Origin: a virus
Taxonomy: Duplodnaviria > Caudoviricetes
Reading direction: 5' to 3' (one strand)
IMG/VR virus record: IMGVR_UViG_3300030433_001358
Location: 1-64,000 of that record
DNA length: 64,000 nt
Translations under genes and position numbers: made by a program
In this document: positions 44,873-53,778 of the stretch, in pieces
Numbering within the stretch: the stretch's first letter is position 1
Layout: each line of letters opens with the position of its first letter
The notes under the pieces: model-generated
What the model was told of the DNA's origin: nothing
What the model saw: only the letters and a program-made list of their open reading frames with translations
The model's database searches: none

Positions 44873-45243
44873 TCCTTACTATAATTTTTACTATCATACT
44901 TATCAAATGCTTTATCAGCACTACCTTCACGTCCCATATTAGCTAGATCAGCTCGTAGTTCAGGATCACGAATCAACTCTCTCTTCACTTCCCAGCTAGC
45001 CAACCCAGAAGCAATATAGGCTTCATCCCGTCTTTCGTTTCCAATCGCTATAGGTCCGTTGAATGTAAGAGGTTTATCTGGATATGGACGATGTTCTACA
45101 CTCTCCACATCATAAGGGAGGGATGTATCAATCCCAGCTTCATACAGAATACTTTCAAATGTTTCTCTATCATTCTCTTTCACAGCCTTAGCAAAAGGAG
45201 GGTACTGCATTAGAATGTGAAAACTAATTTCTTTTTGTGCCAT
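44869..45243 (-). CDS. hypothetical protein
   Basis: 124-aa ORF coupled to nrdB. Confidence 0.7.
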   Translation of the reverse strand: MAQKEISFHILMQYPPFAKAVKENDRETFESILYEAGIDTSLPYDVESVEHRPYPDKPLTFNGPIAIGNERRDEAYIASGLASWEVKRELIRDPELRADLANMGREGSADKAFDKYDSKNYSKE

Positions 45244-45248
45244 ATTTA

Positions 45249-45827
45249 TTAACCTGCCTTATAGTTATTAGGGATTAGTTGACGCTGTTCACCATGATTA
45301 CAAGTATAGCCAGCTCCTTGTAAGTTTAGCAAATCAATTTGCTGCTGTCTATACTCTGCTGCTAAAAATATTGCAAGCTCCTCCCCATATTTCAGAAAAG
45401 AAAACGCCTTTGACTTGTGCTTCCCCGATAAATCTCGCCACTGAGCTACAGCATAAGTATAGTTCTCCGTTTTTTGGTCAATTGAAACACCGTTATATCC
45501 TGTCTTATTGAATTTGTTTCTCTTCATATTACGAGAGTTCACTTTCCTACTAACCGCTCGGAGATTGTCAATATGATTATTAAAAGGGTTTCCGTCGATA
45601 TGATCTATGACACACCCTTCAGGAATCCAACCATTTACTACCTCATATATTATTCTATGCACTTTATAAAACTTACCTTCCAACCATATACGATAAGATT
45701 GATTTTGTTGGATAACTCCTGCGACGTCATTGACATAATGTTTACTAACGCCTCTGCCGCCCTCTACTCTCCAACGCAACCCAGTAGGGGAAGTTGGGTC
45801 TATGTATACATATTTTTCAAAATTCAT
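45249..45827 (-). CDS. HNH homing endonuclease carrying a thyX-like C-terminal tail
   Basis: VHRIIYE, IDHIDGNPFNNHIDNLR HNH motif; ends IPNNYKAG, like thyX IPNNYRSG. Confidence 0.85.
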   Translation of the reverse strand: MNFEKYVYIDPTSPTGLRWRVEGGRGVSKHYVNDVAGVIQQNQSYRIWLEGKFYKVHRIIYEVVNGWIPEGCVIDHIDGNPFNNHIDNLRAVSRKVNSRNMKRNKFNKTGYNGVSIDQKTENYTYAVAQWRDLSGKHKSKAFSFLKYGEELAIFLAAEYRQQQIDLLNLQGAGYTCNHGEQRQLIPNNYKAG

Positions 45828-45828
45828 A

Positions 45829-46782
45829 TTAACCCGACCTATAGTTATTAGGGATCAACTTTCGATGCTGAATCCACCCTTGTAGATTACCACTCCAGAA
45901 CTTCCCATTACGATCAACATGTGTGATACCTTTTTCCCAAGATTTAGGGAAAGCTGGTTCATTTATAATACTAACACCCCATTCGTTCTCTGATTCTTTC
46001 ATAGGAGTAGCTTGGTGTTCCAACGGGCTTGCGTGGACTGGATCATCTGGTTGCTCTCCCTTCAAGTTTAGATTAGCACTGACTCGCTTAGCTTTCTCAA
46101 TAGTATCATCTAGTGTGCGATAGGACGCCTGAGCGCAACAGCTCTCACTAATAGCTAACGCATCCTCTAGCCGCCCGTCTTGATTTTCGCTTCGCCAGTA
46201 CCCTTCATTAAAGTATGGAACGTGCCACATCCCCGGTTTCAATGTAACTGGACTGCTATTCTCCTTAGCTTTCTTAATAGCCTTGGCTAGTGCCTCAATA
46301 GTAGGGTCTGCTGCCGGATGGTCACGAAGCCAAATAAAGTTATTAAGCTCTGTAGCTGTCATTACTACTTTCATCATTTGGAACGACTCAACCAGCCGAT
46401 TACAGACTTGTTTAGCATATCCTGCTTTATCGTACTCATCTGCAAAGTTCGCTGCACTGAGGGCCGCTAGACGCCACCACTCTTGGGGAGTATACATACC
46501 CTTAATTAGTTCATTATGTTCTCCTGCATCCTGCATTCCTTTATTCTTCTTACCAAAGCGTACAGGCATTGCAGGGTCACTACGAACACTACTGATCATT
46601 GTCTGTACAGGGATTGCACGAGACGAACTTGAGTTTTTAGAGAGCATGTTATGTGTGTTGAACTCAGCCAGAACAATCCGAGGGAACTCTAGCTCAAACG
46701 TAATAATCTCTTTACCGTTTACACTACTTTTACTGTGTGCAATTACTTTTGCCTTAATCTCCACTAACAACCTCCTTTTCAA
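45829..46782 (-). CDS. thyX: FAD-dependent thymidylate synthase
   Basis: EFNTHNMLSKNSSSSRAIP (RHR..S...SSR equivalent), HASPLEH. Confidence 0.85.
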   Translation of the reverse strand: MKRRLLVEIKAKVIAHSKSSVNGKEIITFELEFPRIVLAEFNTHNMLSKNSSSSRAIPVQTMISSVRSDPAMPVRFGKKNKGMQDAGEHNELIKGMYTPQEWWRLAALSAANFADEYDKAGYAKQVCNRLVESFQMMKVVMTATELNNFIWLRDHPAADPTIEALAKAIKKAKENSSPVTLKPGMWHVPYFNEGYWRSENQDGRLEDALAISESCCAQASYRTLDDTIEKAKRVSANLNLKGEQPDDPVHASPLEHQATPMKESENEWGVSIINEPAFPKSWEKGITHVDRNGKFWSGNLQGWIQHRKLIPNNYRSG

Positions 46783-47002
46783 TCATACCTTGTTGCACAC
46801 CTACCAGAATACGAGAGACTTCCCTTTCTCGCTCAATAACTGTAGTAGGCAGAGAACGTACAGTATACTTAGTAGCTTCCTCACCCCCTTCCTCTGTGTC
46901 GATGTCGTAGTATGTATACTCAACACCCCTCACGTCAAGGTAATCTTTTAACTGCTTACACCCACTACACCAACCCGCCCCGAATACTTTAATTGTCTTC
47001 AT
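46754..47002 (-). CDS. glutaredoxin/thioredoxin-like protein
   Basis: WCSGC active site, SLPT cis-Pro; start at MKTIKV. Confidence 0.85.
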   Translation of the reverse strand: MKTIKVFGAGWCSGCKQLKDYLDVRGVEYTYYDIDTEEGGEEATKYTVRSLPTTVIEREREVSRILVGVQQGMIEKEVVSGD

Positions 47003-47207
47003 TGATAATCTCCACTTTACTCCTGCCCAATTCTTTAATCTGTGCCACGTTGCACAAAGGCCACCACACACTTTCTGACCCCTCTGCCACGAGTCTCAAT
47101 AAACCTCCCTCGGTCAAGACGTTTTGAACACCATCCACATATATTGGAGTGGGGGAATCCTTAAAATGAACCACCAAATTATACACACGTATCTTACTCA
47201 CCTTCAT
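46989..47207 (-). CDS. hypothetical protein
   Basis: 72-aa ORF coupled to neighbours. Confidence 0.6.
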   Translation of the reverse strand: MKVSKIRVYNLVVHFKDSPTPIYVDGVQNVLTEGGLLRLVAEGSESVWWPLCNVAQIKELGRSKVEIINEDN

Positions 47208-48078
47208 TCTCCTCTAATATTCGTTTAGCCTCATCCCACGAAAACGGCAACGATGGATACCATTCATAAGCCATACCTGTCGATATTAAATCTTGGTAGG
47301 TCTTGCAGTCAATCACAAAATCTTGCCACCTACTGGTTGAAAGTTCTAGTAGTCTTGCATAGACATTCTCATCCAACTCTTCCTTATACTCATTAGCTAA
47401 CAACCAAAGGTTATATTTCTTGTAGTTTTTATAAGCCATCTCTGCCTGTTTTTGAGTTGGAAAAGTCCCCAACTTTCTCCCATTCGCAGCCGCCCTATAA
47501 TTACCAGACTCCATCTTAGTGACACCCTTCGCCAAATTTTTATCTCTTTTCTGGGCAGTTCTTCCTTTTAAGAAGAATTTGTTTATAACTTGGGGCAAAA
47601 AGCAGCACACATCAGGGCCGTACACCCTATTACCCTCTACCAGAAAATCCTTATCCAGTTCAAAGTGCCTGTTAGAAAAACCTTTCTGTGTTCCACACCA
47701 TGCAGCAAAGTTTTGAAAATTATGCCAATCTTCACAGACTATCACATCTTCATAGTTCTCATAGTGAGGGTGTCCTTGATAGTAACACCTTTCCAACATC
47801 TTACTCCATATTAAATGCTCTCTTTTATTTTTATCTGTAGAGTAGTCACCGTATCCCAGATATCCAACACCTTGCTTAGTTATACTGTAAGGGTTTTTCA
47901 CATTCCCGCTTCTGATAGCTGATTTATGCACCTCTCTCACATGCTTGTGTTTGTCTGTAAATTCAATTAAGCACTTTTTGTGATTCAAATCCTCAACCAC
48001 AACAAACTCTTCCCCTTTCGTATTCTTGCACAAAAGGCCCTTTTTAATGTCTTTAATATCTACAAAAACATCACTCAC
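47194..48078 (-). CDS. homing endonuclease (HNH/His-Me family) fused to the 3' half of a small host gene
   Basis: W..MLERCY, WHNFQNFAAW, ELDKDFL..GNRVYGPD.CCFLP; probable GTG start at 48078 after AAGGGG. Confidence 0.8.
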   Translation of the reverse strand: MSDVFVDIKDIKKGLLCKNTKGEEFVVVEDLNHKKCLIEFTDKHKHVREVHKSAIRSGNVKNPYSITKQGVGYLGYGDYSTDKNKREHLIWSKMLERCYYQGHPHYENYEDVIVCEDWHNFQNFAAWCGTQKGFSNRHFELDKDFLVEGNRVYGPDVCCFLPQVINKFFLKGRTAQKRDKNLAKGVTKMESGNYRAAANGRKLGTFPTQKQAEMAYKNYKKYNLWLLANEYKEELDENVYARLLELSTSRWQDFVIDCKTYQDLISTGMAYEWYPSLPFSWDEAKRILEENEGE

Positions 48079-48101
48079 TATATACCCCTTTCTTATTCTC
48101 T

Positions 48102-48218
48102 CTAGACAAAATCCCAATACATCCCTGAAGCCATCCACTTATCGTAGTCTTCCTTACTTTGGATACACTTCCTCCAGTCTGGGTGTTTCCTTCGTTTAGG
48201 GATAATTGCTTCAATCAT
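48102..48218 (-). pseudogene. 38-aa truncated gene, duplicated at the endonuclease C-terminus
   Basis: MIEAIIPKRRKHPDWRKCIQSKEDYDKWMASGMYWDFV; aligns in register with WQDFVIDCKTYQDLISTGMAYEW. Confidence 0.55.
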
Positions 48219-48219
48219 A

Positions 48220-48717
48220 TTACATCTCCGGTTGTTTAGGACAATATTGTTCAAGCTCTACAGCTTTAAACCCCACCTTCTTCATAATCTTCCCATCTAG
48301 TCTACGCACTGTAAAATATGGAACTCCTATAACGTAAGCTGTTTCAATATAGTATTCTACATCGTCACGTTCTTCAAGTAGTTCTTTTTCTTCCACAGCT
48401 TGATAATAGCTATTTAAAATCTTTTCATCATTGTTATCACAGATAGTCTCAAATGCTCCCATTACATCATACCCTGCTTGGTGGAGCATATCAGCTAGTT
48501 TGAAGGCGATAACTAGGTTGTCAATGCACCCATCAAGTAGTTCTACGCTATTTCCATAGCGTGCAGCATCATAGCACTCTTCTGATTCTTCTACAAGAAG
48601 TTTAGACTGAAGTTCAACGGCTTTCCACCACTCGAAAGAAAAAGGAACTTCATCCTTAACACCAGCCTTCAGATTGAAGTTGATAACACGATCATACATC
48701 TCAACAAAACCTTTCAC
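48220..48717 (-). CDS. MazG-like all-alpha NTP pyrophosphohydrolase
   Basis: EESEE...ELLDGCID acidic helix motif; N..K; R.DGKIMK. Confidence 0.75.
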   Translation of the reverse strand: MKGFVEMYDRVINFNLKAGVKDEVPFSFEWWKAVELQSKLLVEESEECYDAARYGNSVELLDGCIDNLVIAFKLADMLHQAGYDVMGAFETICDNNDEKILNSYYQAVEEKELLEERDDVEYYIETAYVIGVPYFTVRRLDGKIMKKVGFKAVELEQYCPKQPEM

Positions 48718-48726
48718 ACATTCTCC

Positions 48727-48990
48727 TTAAATAATAAATGCTACTTCAACAATTTTATAATATGGACCTTCTTCCTCTGGCATTTCTTCCAGATTGTAAT
48801 TAATTGTATATGTGACTGTGTTCTTCTCTGTACAATTACGTTCAACCTTACTCCGGACCTTCCAGCCAATAACGTCTTTAGGCAGGACGGCAGCTTTCTT
48901 TAGTTTATCAATGTCGTGTGAAAACAGGTAACTCCCACTCCAATAGCTTTCTTTATCCTTCAATACTTGCAAACCATACAACTTTTTCAT
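48727..48990 (-). CDS. hypothetical protein
   Basis: 87-aa ORF, GGAG SD. Confidence 0.65.
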   Translation of the reverse strand: MKKLYGLQVLKDKESYWSGSYLFSHDIDKLKKAAVLPKDVIGWKVRSKVERNCTEKNTVTYTINYNLEEMPEEEGPYYKIVEVAFII

Positions 48991-49000
48991 TTAGTTCTCC

Positions 49001-49540
49001 TTAATAAAACAACATATCATAAAATTTAACTAGAAACTTACTATCCCAACTACTGAAAGACATTGCAACATCACACTCAACATCTTGTATATATTTAGTA
49101 GAATATCGCACACGTTTTGTCTCTTTAAACTTAGCTAGGATACTGTTTCTGTCATCAATCATAGCAACTACAGAATCATTCATCAAGTGTTTTTCTTTCG
49201 TAGCAATATACCCTTCCATAAAAGGAAAGTGCTGTTGTAACCAATAATACTTACTCTTGTTGTGATTCCCCTTGACAGAGCTAATAAAGACAATACCAAA
49301 ATCCTCAGAAAGGTATTTAAGAGTATCAACACTACCTTCAATTGGTTGGAATTGATTGTAGTTCAAGTCTCTCCAATAAGCATAGGGGTCTCCGCACTGT
49401 GGATAGTATTTACTGAAATCATACTCAATCATTGGTGTCTTAACATAACCATGCTTCTCAGCCAACCACTCACACCACCCCACATCACTAGGACAAACTG
49501 TCAGGTCGCAATCAACTCCAATCAATTTCTTAGGCATCAT
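49001..49540 (-). CDS. 5'(3')-deoxyribonucleotidase (HAD/NT5C-like)
   Basis: IGVDCDLTV (DxD), FISS, K..WL..HFPF, MIDDR. Confidence 0.8.
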   Translation of the reverse strand: MMPKKLIGVDCDLTVCPSDVGWCEWLAEKHGYVKTPMIEYDFSKYYPQCGDPYAYWRDLNYNQFQPIEGSVDTLKYLSEDFGIVFISSVKGNHNKSKYYWLQQHFPFMEGYIATKEKHLMNDSVVAMIDDRNSILAKFKETKRVRYSTKYIQDVECDVAMSFSSWDSKFLVKFYDMLFY

Positions 49541-50156
49541 CTTTCTCCAAACTTTCGTAATACATCTCTCGTGCTCTGTCAATAGTACATTGCAGCTCTT
49601 CAATTAGCTCAATTTCTGTATGACCTTTTCCTGTCCCTCGTAGAGTCTTCTTGACCAGATGTTCCTGCCATCCTCCAAGATTATAGACAGTGGATACACG
49701 GTAGGGGTCAACCTTCACCATCACAAAACCGTTAGCAATATCTTCTTCAGAAAGATTAAGACGGAAAGAATAACGATAATGTTTACCATAGTCTTGAATA
49801 ACACGTTCTACTTCTTCCTCCATCTCTGGAGGAGAAACAGCTACATATTCCTCATCTGCTCCAAGTGTACGATTATCCCATTGTTCTGTGTTGTCATCTT
49901 CAAGCGTATTGAGTTTAACAACAGGACAAACCCCAAAGGATTCTAGTCCTACAACATTGTTTATTCCGGGTTTTTCTGTTTCCAGTTGTGTATCGTAAGG
50001 GATAATACGAACACCTGCTGTATTCACATCCCTAAGCACATCGCGATACTCGCCATGCTCCACAACTTCAACATACTTACCAACATCGTCCCATTTAAAA
50101 CCATAACCACCTTGTTTAATTAGGACAACATCCCCAACCTTTAGTTTAGTCTTCAT
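49530..50156 (-). CDS. hypothetical protein
   Basis: 208-aa ORF with GGAGG SD; HY...VDPY...HLVKK.LR.G C-terminal domain seen in phage proteins. Confidence 0.7.
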   Translation of the reverse strand: MKTKLKVGDVVLIKQGGYGFKWDDVGKYVEVVEHGEYRDVLRDVNTAGVRIIPYDTQLETEKPGINNVVGLESFGVCPVVKLNTLEDDNTEQWDNRTLGADEEYVAVSPPEMEEEVERVIQDYGKHYRYSFRLNLSEEDIANGFVMVKVDPYRVSTVYNLGGWQEHLVKKTLRGTGKGHTEIELIEELQCTIDRAREMYYESLEKDDA

Positions 50157-50190
50157 TTATTCCTCCTTTACTATGTACTCAAAGTATTGC

Positions 50191-50757
50191 TCATCCATGA
50201 TGTCTCTCTGTGTATCCTGCACCTAGTGAGTTTAATTCATCAATCATCTTCTGTCTATACTCAACTGCAAGATTGTAAGCATTTTCATAACCATACTTCC
50301 TTACATTGAAGGATTTACTCCTAAGTTTACCATCAAGGTCAGACCACACAGCCCTCCAGAGGTAAGACTTATTCCCACTTCTCTGAGTATTAACACAAAG
50401 ATTCACACCAACTTTACCGGACGTGTTGTCTCGTCTGGGAGTACAGTTCCTTGCATTCCCCTTTCTATCAACAACTCTTAGATTGCTAAGTTTGTTATTA
50501 GTCTTGTCACCATCTATATGATCAATGAACATCCCCTGTTCGATTGGTCCAAAATGCAACTCCCAAATTATTCTGTGAACTAGGATCAACCTCCCTTCTT
50601 TGCGTACTTGGTAGTAACCACTGCTGTTAATGCTGCCGGCAACATCCCCTACGCTCACGTTCTTAAAATTCTTCCATCGTCCTGAATAAATGTCTACAGC
50701 CCACCTAAGGCAAGAAGGGCTGGACTCATCGTAGACATAAAGTTGGCTGATTTCCAT
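50191..50757 (-). CDS. HNH homing endonuclease
   Basis: VHRIIWE, IDHIDGDKTNNKLSNLR; paralog of 45249; ends GAGYTERHHG. Confidence 0.85.
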   Translation of the reverse strand: MEISQLYVYDESSPSCLRWAVDIYSGRWKNFKNVSVGDVAGSINSSGYYQVRKEGRLILVHRIIWELHFGPIEQGMFIDHIDGDKTNNKLSNLRVVDRKGNARNCTPRRDNTSGKVGVNLCVNTQRSGNKSYLWRAVWSDLDGKLRSKSFNVRKYGYENAYNLAVEYRQKMIDELNSLGAGYTERHHG

Positions 50758-50835
50758 AACTAAACAATAGTCCTAAGTAAACATTCATCTCTAGTGTAGG
50801 TAATACCACCCTTCTCACAAACTTCCCAAACAGCA

Positions 50836-51618
50836 TCAGAGTTCATTGCGTCCATACCTCTCCTTCAAGTAGTTTAATGAGACTGGCATTGGTAATGCAA
50901 AACCATCTTCAACTTCATGCAACATTACAACACCTCGAAAATGGTTATTACCCGTAAAACCTTTATAGTCTTCAAGGTGTTCATAGCAAGCGCCATTCAC
51001 AATACCAAGCTGATGTTTACCATCAATAGTTGGTCGGATTGCAATATCCAACACCTGACGATGACCCACAACAAAACTACGACCTACGGTTTTCAACACA
51101 TTCATTGCAGTACCAGCATACGGCTTTCCGCTCATAGGGTTAGCTAGGTAATGCACAAAGAAGATACCATCAATCTCTACAGGTTGCAAGAAAGGATGTA
51201 CTTCCCAGCCGTATTGTTCAAGGTTCAGTGTATCCATCCCAACAAAACCTTCAAACTCTGGCATCTCACTTGAAACACGATCAAAGCGATTTTCATGATT
51301 ACCTGTGCAAAAAACCATCCGTGGAGAGTATACTTTCTTTTTGAATCGGCGCTGTTGGCGCTGAAGCTCCCAAAGAGGTTTTACTAGATTCTTTAGTCCT
51401 TGATTTCCAGCTTCAATATCAGCTTTGAGACGACGACCTTCAAAAGACAGTTTACCTCTGTCGTAAGTGCTAAGGGACTCGAAATCGTAGTTATCTCCGA
51501 TGTGTACAACAATATCTGGCCGCTTGTCAACAATGTACTTCCCAATCCAAGTCATATAGTCCAAACTAATCCCCGGTTTACACTGTGTGTCACCAATTAC
51601 TAAAATCTTCTTACTCAC
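50836..51618 (-). CDS. calcineurin-like metallophosphoesterase
   Basis: IGDTQ, HIGD.YD, GNHE, VGH motifs. Confidence 0.85.
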   Translation of the reverse strand: MSKKILVIGDTQCKPGISLDYMTWIGKYIVDKRPDIVVHIGDNYDFESLSTYDRGKLSFEGRRLKADIEAGNQGLKNLVKPLWELQRQQRRFKKKVYSPRMVFCTGNHENRFDRVSSEMPEFEGFVGMDTLNLEQYGWEVHPFLQPVEIDGIFFVHYLANPMSGKPYAGTAMNVLKTVGRSFVVGHRQVLDIAIRPTIDGKHQLGIVNGACYEHLEDYKGFTGNNHFRGVVMLHEVEDGFALPMPVSLNYLKERYGRNEL

Positions 51619-51838
51619 CCTTCTCCTCCTCTTTCATATTCTCAATCAATGCTGTAATAACCACTTTACTAAATCCACAAACAGCCCAAAACACTTCTGT
51701 TCGGTCTGAATCAGGCATTAGATGATATGTGTTTTCACAGATACCTAGCAATTCAAGAAACTCCTCGCATTGCTCTAAATCTGTCATCTGTTGTCTCTGC
51801 TTCTGTTTTGAAGCAAAGTCTACAATATTATCTGTCAT
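51611..51838 (-). CDS. hypothetical acidic protein
   Basis: 75-aa ORF, MTDNIVDF start. Confidence 0.6.
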   Translation of the reverse strand: MTDNIVDFASKQKQRQQMTDLEQCEEFLELLGICENTYHLMPDSDRTEVFWAVCGFSKVVITALIENMKEEEKGE

Positions 51839-51929
51839 TAAAGAATTCCTGTAGAGAAAGACCAGAGGTGCCAGAACACCACCCCTTCAATGTATTTACT
51901 GCACCAATAATAAAGCCAATAGTTTTCCA

Positions 51930-52127
51930 TTATTCCCTCCATTTCTGCATTGTACCAGCATCATCAAAACTACCTTCTTCCAACAAACCCTCCACCCCAT
52001 CTACCACAACAATAACCGGATTATTAAGCTGTTGTTTAATAAGCAACAGTTCTTGTTCCGCTTTGTCTAAACGATCAGAGAATTGTTGAAATTGTTTCTG
52101 AATACAATCCCATTCATAGGCGTTCAT
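51930..52127 (-). CDS. hypothetical protein
   Basis: 65-aa ORF coupled to the upstream gene. Confidence 0.55.
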   Translation of the reverse strand: MNAYEWDCIQKQFQQFSDRLDKAEQELLLIKQQLNNPVIVVVDGVEGLLEEGSFDDAGTMQKWRE

Positions 52128-52644
52128 TGTGTTCCTCCCTCAGCTTATTCACAATCTGCTCACGTCGCTTTGCAGCAGTTGAAGCAGGAGTTATATTATG
52201 ATCCAATAGCCACTGTTTGTCCAGCTTTTGTTTGCAAATAGCAATAGCTGTCTTTTCTACATAGGCTTCTTGGAATGTGAGTCCCTTTCGTTGGCTGAGA
52301 TTGATAACTTCGTGACATTCCACACACACCTCCTGAACATCATCAAAACCGACCCACAAGATCATTCTAGCCCATTCAGTGAAAGACTCCCAGTCTGTAA
52401 AGCCATAACCACCGTGTAGATGATCTACTTGACAGTCTCTAGATTGCTTACCACAAACTTCACAATCACTAACCCACACGTCCTTCCCGTTCTTACCAAC
52501 AGGGGCTTTATAACGCCTACTCTGCTTATAGGCAATCTTAACTGGATGACGTGACCAGATACGTCTGATTGAACCTCTTAGCCAATTAAGATAGGCTTTC
52601 TCATCCTTCCAAGGTGAGTTTGGAATTTCCCAAGGCTCTTTCAT
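52114..52644 (-). CDS. HNH/Zn-finger endonuclease (core replication-module nuclease)
   Basis: CEVC...QVDH...QEVC.ECH. Confidence 0.75.
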   Translation of the reverse strand: MKEPWEIPNSPWKDEKAYLNWLRGSIRRIWSRHPVKIAYKQSRRYKAPVGKNGKDVWVSDCEVCGKQSRDCQVDHLHGGYGFTDWESFTEWARMILWVGFDDVQEVCVECHEVINLSQRKGLTFQEAYVEKTAIAICKQKLDKQWLLDHNITPASTAAKRREQIVNKLREEHNERL

Positions 52645-52645
52645 A

Positions 52646-52828
52646 CTACCCCATCATAATCAATGTTGGTTTATCTAGGCCAAGTTCTTCACAGATACGG
52701 GTAAGTTCTTCGTCTGCTGCTTTCCACTTAGCTAAAGCATCTAGAGTTTTCTTCTTACTAGATTCCAAGTCAACGTCTTTCGGCTTTTTAAGGTCAAAGG
52801 TTTGAGCACCATCCCAGATTCCTGTCAT
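52646..52828 (-). CDS. hypothetical protein
   Basis: 60-aa ORF, overlapping junctions. Confidence 0.55.
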   Translation of the reverse strand: MTGIWDGAQTFDLKKPKDVDLESSKKKTLDALAKWKAADEELTRICEELGLDKPTLIMMG

Positions 52829-53778
52829 ATGTTTACTCCTAGATATCTATTTAAGTCCCACTCATCCTTTTCATGCCTCAACAAATACAGAAAGAAACCG
52901 TTATCATCTAGCCGTTCTTCCCAACCATCATCCTCACCGTACATTGCAGAGTAGCATTCATATACTCTAGAGGCTAGATCAGCTTCTGTCTTACAATCAG
53001 CAAGAATCTTCTTAGCTGTAGCAGGGCCAACTCCACTAACTTTAATGTTAAATTGCTCCCTTGTACTCTTGGCTAGTTGTTCAATACCGGGAATGGCATC
53101 AGCATTGTCACCTACTAACAACTGCGTGGCAAAGTTGTAAGATTGTTTAAATCCATCGTTCCAGAAGATTCCGTCCTCTAGCTTGTTGTAGTTCAGCATC
53201 CATCCTCGACTGTTGGCAGCTAAATCTTTATCACAATAAGCCAGAACAACATTACACTTCTCTTTATCCCTAGAACTAACCCCTTTGTTGTAGCTCTCCC
53301 AAGCCATGATGTTGCAAGTATCGTCAGTCTCCCGTCCTTCTGAGAGAATCACTTTATCTTTGTACTTCTTTAGGAAATACTCCCTGCAATCTTCAAACAG
53401 GATTGGTTTTTCACTCCTACCCCCTTTATAGTTTACAAACTTGGATGTGTAGTCTTTACGGAAGTTCCCTTCCCCTTCAATACAGAGAACATAATCCCCA
53501 CACCCAGAGGCATCTACAATCTTCTCCACTTTCTGTTTGATTGCTTGAAAAGCAAATCGTGGTTCTGCGTCTGGTTTAAGTTCTGATATTGTTTCAAACG
53601 AATAGCCTACTTTGTCTCGATTGTTCTCTTTAGCCCACTCATTAAATGCTGTCTTAGATTCAAACAAACGCTGACTTCCGTACTCATTGTTTGTAGCTAG
53701 GCATTTGTTAAGTTGCTGTTGGGCTGCTGAACTATATAATAAAGTATCAGCATCAATAACTAATATTTTGTTAGTCAC
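52825..53778 (-). CDS. 5'-3' exonuclease (T7 gp6/RNase H-like)
   Basis: IDADTLLY, NFRK...YKG.R, ETDD, DKDL, GD.AD.IPG. Confidence 0.85.
   Translation of the reverse strand: MTNKILVIDADTLLYSSAAQQQLNKCLATNNEYGSQRLFESKTAFNEWAKENNRDKVGYSFETISELKPDAEPRFAFQAIKQKVEKIVDASGCGDYVLCIEGEGNFRKDYTSKFVNYKGGRSEKPILFEDCREYFLKKYKDKVILSEGRETDDTCNIMAWESYNKGVSSRDKEKCNVVLAYCDKDLAANSRGWMLNYNKLEDGIFWNDGFKQSYNFATQLLVGDNADAIPGIEQLAKSTREQFNIKVSGVGPATAKKILADCKTEADLASRVYECYSAMYGEDDGWEERLDDNGFFLYLLRHEKDEWDLNRYLGVNI

Noticed and set aside
46283-46951. 222-aa plus-strand ORF and other long antisense ORFs (e.g. 19264-19794, 17210-17605, 35540-35935, 58340-58747, 61361-61762)
   Set aside because: Shadow frames of well-supported genes on the opposite strand, with no SD or motifs
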